Positions 58,342-64,000 of a DNA stretch of 64,000 bases are shown here, piece after piece. The translations under genes and the position numbers were made by a program. The notes beneath the pieces are model-generated. The model was not told where the DNA came from. It worked only from the letters and a program-made list of their open reading frames with translations, and made no database searches. The stretch is taken from contig NW_008246088.1 of the NCBI RefSeq assembly GCF_000281045.1, positions 53,496 through 117,495 on the forward strand, in the 5' to 3' direction. The DNA comes from Saprolegnia diclina VS20 (Eukaryota). Numbering within the stretch: the stretch's first letter is position 1; each line of letters opens with the position of its first letter.

Positions 58342-59793
58342 ATGGCCGAGGCTGCGCACGGGTACGACTTTGTGTATCTCAAGACGGCCGTGGGCGCGCC
58401 GCTGGCCGAGGCGCTGGCGCAGCTCGCTCTCGACCAGCCCGAGGATCCGATTGAGTACGTCGGCAAGTACCTTCTCAAGTACGTTGCGAACGAGAAGAAG
58501 CGCCACGAGCGGGCGAGCGTGACCGTGCGCCGCAAGACGGACTCACAGGTGCTCGCAGAAGAGGAGGCCAAGCGCAACGAGTCGCTCCGGAAGCTCAAGC
58601 TCGCGCACGACGAAGCGCTCATTGCGGAAAGCACCACGCGAGAGCTGCTTCAAAAGACGGACGACGTCGACATCCTCTGCAAGCTCGTGATCTCCAAGCT
58701 CCTCTTAGCGACCGGCGCCGAAGCGTGCTACCTCGGACGCAAAGTGAGTGATGCCGAGGGCGCCAACTTTATCGAATGGTTTGCTTCGTCCGAGAACTCG
58801 ACCTGCGTGCTCGGCAAGTTCATCTCGGAAGAGACAGGCTTCACCTACGACATTCTCCGCGAAGTCGAGGACCCGAATGCGACGCCAGACGAAGAGGGCA
58901 ACCTCCCGCCACCCGCGATTCCATCGTTTCTCCACGTCGAGAACGTCATACGCGAGCCGCGCCTCAAGTACTTTGGCATCCCGCGCATGGGCGCGTACCT
59001 TGTTCGGGGCCTCAGATACAACATGTACCTCCACGACGACATCGTCCAGCTCTCGTCCGACTCGATCTCGACAATCGAGAGCTGGCTCGTCATCGCTGTC
59101 GACACGATCGGCCAAGCGAGGCCGTTTTCCCCGGAGAACATTGAGGCCTTTCTCAAGTGGTCGTCCGCCTTTGCTGACGCGTTTGAGCAGTACGAGAAGC
59201 GGGCGTACACGGCGCAGGTCGAGTGGAAGCGCGCCGAGGACAAGGAGGCAAAAGGAGCTCTCGATGAGCTCCGGGACGCTGTCTCGACGAGCGACGCCCG
59301 CATTGCGTCGGTCCTCGAGCCGATCGAAGACGAGAACGCCAAGGCGCTGCAGGAAGCCACGATGAAGTGCGACGCGCTCGCGACAATCGTAGCCACCAAG
59401 TACTTGACGCAAATCGGGAAGCTCGCCGCGTACCTCCTACCGTTCAAGCTGCCCGTGCTTCGGACGCTTTCAGCGGTCCTCCGCCTCGTCTTGGATGCCC
59501 CCAAGGACGCGTATTTGAGCGCCGCAACCAAGCTCCCGACGTGGGACAAGCTCCGCTTGGCACTCGAGCCCGAGACGTTTGCATCTGCGTTCCAAGCATT
59601 TAACGCGATCGAGGCGCGGCCGAGCGTGACGCAAGAGGCCAAAGACCTCCTTGGCGAGACCAGCCTCGACGACGTCGAGCCTGCGGGCCCCGTCGTGAGC
59701 GCCCTCTTCATGTGGCTACAAGCAGCATGCGGCGTGGTCGACGCCATCGCCGAGGCCAAGGCGCGCGAGGCCGAAGCCAAGAACGACACGTAG
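58342..59793 (+). CDS. Dpy-30-motif protein with a GAF-like region, probably flagellar
   Basis: N-terminal YLKTAVGAPLAEALAQLALDQPEDPIEYVGKYL, a coiled coil, and a GAF-like segment LHVENVIREPRLKYFGIPRMGAYL...IAVDT. Intronless, 483 aa. Confidence 0.7.
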   Translation: MAEAAHGYDFVYLKTAVGAPLAEALAQLALDQPEDPIEYVGKYLLKYVANEKKRHERASVTVRRKTDSQVLAEEEAKRNESLRKLKLAHDEALIAESTTRELLQKTDDVDILCKLVISKLLLATGAEACYLGRKVSDAEGANFIEWFASSENSTCVLGKFISEETGFTYDILREVEDPNATPDEEGNLPPPAIPSFLHVENVIREPRLKYFGIPRMGAYLVRGLRYNMYLHDDIVQLSSDSISTIESWLVIAVDTIGQARPFSPENIEAFLKWSSAFADAFEQYEKRAYTAQVEWKRAEDKEAKGALDELRDAVSTSDARIASVLEPIEDENAKALQEATMKCDALATIVATKYLTQIGKLAAYLLPFKLPVLRTLSAVLRLVLDAPKDAYLSAATKLPTWDKLRLALEPETFASAFQAFNAIEARPSVTQEAKDLLGETSLDDVEPAGPVVSALFMWLQAACGVVDAIAEAKAREAEAKNDT

Positions 59794-60176
59794 ATGCGTA
59801 GATGCGTAGAGGCTGTGTATGTACATATCTCGTCAATGACGATGCTTGCGTGCTGCCATTATTCGCATGGCATGTTGTCTCTAGCGTTTTAGCGATTCGC
59901 CGGTTGGTGGTGGTGTTGGAGAGCTCGCTCGCTCTGTCCTCGCATCCATGGCACCTTGTCATGCGAGGTGTCATCTCACGGCTCACAAGGAGAGGCGACG
60001 GACCAATCGTGTGCCCTGGCGGCGACAAGACAGACCGCGTTGCCACCGATAAGAAGGCCACTGACGTCGTGGTGTCGGCACCGACGTGTACATACCGGTA
60101 TGCGTCCTGTCGCCGGGCAACTAAGCTAACTCTCTGTATCTAAGCAAATCTTGCTTGTATACTAATAGTTGGCTTA

Positions 60177-60872
60177 TTGGTGTCAAAGCTATCTGCCTCG
60201 GTGGACGCGCGCAATGCACGCAGCAACGGCGACCTGGACGTGAGCCTGACCAGGGAAGTGCGAAGTTCGAAAGTGCGACATGTGGTCGAAGTTGCGGATG
60301 TTGGGCCGTGCGCATGGCAGTCGCAAATCGAACAAGTCATGGCTGGCAACTCCAAGAAGCGTCGGACGCTCGCGGACGCAGACGAGGACCTGCGGCAGTA
60401 CCAGTCGCGGCTCGCGGAGGCCCGCAACAAGATGATCCTCCTCGCGCGGGAGAACGCGCGCATGAAGGTGCTGCTCCAAAAGTACATGGAGAAGGACGAG
60501 TCGCTCGCGTGTTCGTCGCAGCTCAGCACGGCGACGAGCGCGGTCATGAGCCAGTCGCTCTCGTCGCAGCCGTCGGCGCTGCAGTCGATCAACGAAGCGC
60601 CAACGTTGAGCCAAGACGAAAACATGGCGCTCGCCGGCGGCTCGCTCGCCGACGAGCTCTCGTTCGAGTCGTTTGGGTCGTCGTCGCTGAGCCAAGACTT
60701 TAGCGCGCCGTCGCTCGGCAACGACGACTTTGTGTTCGACAGCCAGCTCAGCCAGATGGACGAAGTCGCGAGCACTGCGCACCTCGACGAGATCATGACG
60801 TTCCTCGAGAAGCAGGAGGCCCTCGACACGGAGCGGTATGAAGCAATCAATCGCTCGAACACGGGCAAGTGA
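60177..60872 (+). CDS. Hypothetical protein with a coiled coil and Ser-rich tail (upstream exons uncertain)
   Basis: Long ORF with high GC3 and DLRQYQSRLAEARNKMILLARENARMKVLL. Confidence 0.5.
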   Translation: MVSKLSASVDARNARSNGDLDVSLTREVRSSKVRHVVEVADVGPCAWQSQIEQVMAGNSKKRRTLADADEDLRQYQSRLAEARNKMILLARENARMKVLLQKYMEKDESLACSSQLSTATSAVMSQSLSSQPSALQSINEAPTLSQDENMALAGGSLADELSFESFGSSSLSQDFSAPSLGNDDFVFDSQLSQMDEVASTAHLDEIMTFLEKQEALDTERYEAINRSNTGK

Positions 60873-61564
<692 letters not shown>

Positions 61565-61581
61565 AGAAGCGTGTAAATAGC

Positions 61582-62797
61582 TTACGAGCTTAACGTTGTG
61601 TACTCGATCAATACCATACCGAGGACGCACAAGAGCGAGAGACTCACGGCCTGCAGCATATGGTACACGAGCTCGCCTTTGGCGGCGTCGACGGGCGCCC
61701 CTCGCGGCGGGTAGTAGATGGTCGGTGGTGGCACGTCAGCGGCGGGCGCCGCCAAGATCATACTCGGCGCCGCTAGGTCGTGGGGCGCGTAGAGTGGTGC
61801 AGCCAATGCACTCGCGTCGTGCTTGGAGCCGCACCGGTGAAACGTCAGGTAGAGATCGGGGGCATTGTTGGGGTCGCCGACGATCGAGCCCATGAAATCG
61901 TATTGCTCTCGGGGCTTGGACGGCAGCACGGACGCATCGATGCTGACCTACACGGAGACGACTGTCCAAGCGCCGATCGCCGTCAACGGCGTACCATGCC
62001 GAGGTGTTTGGTGTACACGAGGGATGTATGGATGACAGAAATGTCGAGGCGCCGAAAGCTGGGCGAGCACACCAAGGTGATCGGTGTCGGCCACTGCGGC
62101 GCGCGCTGGTGCTTCATGACCATCGAGCGGTGGAGCACTCTTCCGGAGGGAAATTCCTTGATGAGCAAATATGCGTGGATCGGGCGGTGGGGCTTGACGA
62201 CGCTGAGGTCGGTCACGGACGCGTGCGAGATCTCAAAGCAGCACGGCGCTGTTGTAACGCAGGACGAAGCGCTCGAGGACGACAGGCGCGATGACGCGGT
62301 CGAGCTCGAGACGAACGTGTCGACGAGGCTGTCGATGCTCTCGCACACGACCTAGAAGTACAAATGCAACGTAGCTACAACAAAGATGCGTCTACCTGCT
62401 GCGCGCTGTGGGCGGACGCCGACAAGCGGCGTGACAAGGCCCGTGGTCGGTGGCTGTGCGACGACGTGTGCACGATCGAGGCAATGAGGAGGTCGTCAGT
62501 CCACGTAATGACCTCTTCAAAGAGCACATCCTTGACATAGCCGGCCTCGGTAATGTAGCGCGTCTTGGTGGCTCGCGCCGCAACGCTTGCGATCGCGTCG
62601 ACGGCGTGCACGAGCTGGCTCCACTCGGTCATGCCGGGGCCGACGAGGTAGGCGAGCACGTTAGTCGCGCCATGCAGGACGCAGCCGTCGTAGGTGCGCA
62701 AGACGACGTCGTCGTCGAGGACGTCCCGCAGGAAGACCGGGTCGTTGAGGCGGTAGAGGGCCGCGTACGTTGCATGCTGCGTGCTCGGCGTGCCCAT
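61582..62797 (-). CDS. Hypothetical protein with an NTF2/SnoaL-like N-terminus and a C-terminal TM anchor (multi-exon)
   Basis: DVLDDDVVLRTYDGCVLHGATNVLAYL resembles the start of SnoaL. Three coding blocks are separated by GT-AG introns. The C-terminus is hydrophobic. Confidence 0.45.
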
Positions 62798-63709
62798 CCC
62801 TGTCGGACAAATAAATGCTGGAGTAAGAAACATGCATCTTGTTTCTATTTATAAAAAGAAAGATCGCAGCTGTCAAATATGGCGCTTGCCACAAAAGTTG
62901 GCGACTTGGTGCAATTCCACGAAATTCCACGAAATAATTCGTCAAAAGTTGGGAAACGATGCGCCGATATATCTTCGTTTTGGGCGAGGCAAGGCAGAAC
63001 GAACGCTCCACGGACCAAGCTCAACAGTGTTCCAAGTTGAGAAACTAACATTTGCTGCCAGGATCCCACACGAGTCCCCGCTGGCGCATCCCTCAACCCT
63101 TAACACCAAACAAAGAAGAATACCCAACCTCTTGATCACCTCCCTCTATATAGATACTGGCTAAGCTGGACGGTAGATAGACGACTTGCTACAGCTAGCT
63201 GCAGCAGACGTGTTGGAATGAACGCTCGGGCAAGCTGTGGCGCACTTGGCGTTTGACTACCGGTACTGAAACGCCAAGGCGGGAAAAGCAGCGCCGTTCT
63301 CGTTCACTGGCAAGCGAAGGCTGCTCAAACAGCTCAGACGACTTGGTCAACGTATGTACAGTGCGGGCTCGTCATGAGGCAAGACTAAATCCCGTTGGTG
63401 CCAGTCTGCGGACAGATCGAATGCGATGCACCATAATACCCAGCCGCCGATCACCTCTCCATCTCGCTCGGGATGCGCTCGAGGCAGCTGCATCCGTAGC
63501 TCCTTCGCATCTTCGCGTGGGACCCAAGCGACGACGGTATATGCCTGAGCGTTGCCGAGCGTATTGGGTGCTGGAGCTTTGGTTATAGCGGGGTTTAGCG
63601 CACTCTGATTTCGCGTTTATTCAAGATGACAACGTTTAACGCGATGGCGTTATTCCGGATAACAAGGTGTGGATTCCGGATGGCGGTGCTTCTTTCCGAA
63701 TTTGCGGCG

Positions 63710-64000
63710 ATGAACATCAAGGTCAACTGCTCCGCCGGCTCGCTGCGCCTCATGGGCCTCGCCCTTGACACGACGCTTCTGCAGCTCAAGCTGCGGCTGA
63801 CGCAAGAGACGGGCCTGCCACCAGACCAGCAGACGTGTACATGCGCCTCGTCGTGGACACTGACGGCTACGAACACTCACGATACCTTGTCTAGTGCTGG
63901 CCGGATTTCCGCCCAAGCCCATCGTTGGCGACAACGATGCGCTCATTACAAGCGTTGGTATCACGTCTGGCTCGGCCATTCTCTTGAAGGAAGGCGTCGC
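63710..64000 (+). CDS. OTU1/YOD1-like deubiquitinase, N-terminal ubiquitin-like domain (partial, runs off the window)
   Basis: MNIKVNCSAGSLRLMGL..TTLLQLKLRLTQETGLPPDQQT|LLAGFPPKPI...VGITSGSAILLKE. GFPPK is typical of the OTU1 UBXL domain. Confidence 0.65.
   Translation, partial: MNIKVNCSAGSLRLMGLALDTTLLQLKLRLTQETGLPPDQQTCTCASSWTLTATNTHDTLSSAGRISAQAHRWRQRCAHYKRWYHVWLGHSLEGRRR

Noticed and set aside
54578..58506. Very long ORFs (698, 528, 562 aa, etc.) spanning the N runs
   Set aside because: These are artefacts of translating through gaps.

Overview
This is gene-dense, GC-rich eukaryotic DNA with many short (about 40-55 nt) GT-AG introns and oomycete-type Inr/FPR core promoters. It is most consistent with an oomycete, probably Saprolegniales (inference). 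I can support about 40 protein-coding genes, mostly housekeeping: SLC25 carrier, D-amino acid oxidase, trimethyllysine dioxygenase, H+-PPase, ACADSB, UBE2J1, ZC3H15, PPCDC, Nup88, VPS28, MATE, HSF, BT1 transporter, kinesin-13-like, Nudix and OTU1. Two N-gaps flank a 734-bp inverted gene duplication. The main items of interest are: (1) an intronless Zn-deaminase resembling the bacterial SsdA ssDNA-deaminase toxin family (46520-47143), head-to-head with a linker-histone-like/Zn-ribbon gene; (2) a divergent bacterial-type ArsC + ACR3 arsenic-detoxification pair inside an intronless block; (3) a small secreted Gly/Cys/aromatic peptide precursor present as one intact and one frameshifted copy; (4) a spliced secreted I13/I78-type protease inhibitor and a tandem Dpy-30/RIIa mini-protein, neither shown in full by the ORF track; (5) a PX-BAR-WW-J fusion. 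All family calls come from motif recognition by eye, with no database searches. Exon boundaries were inferred manually.
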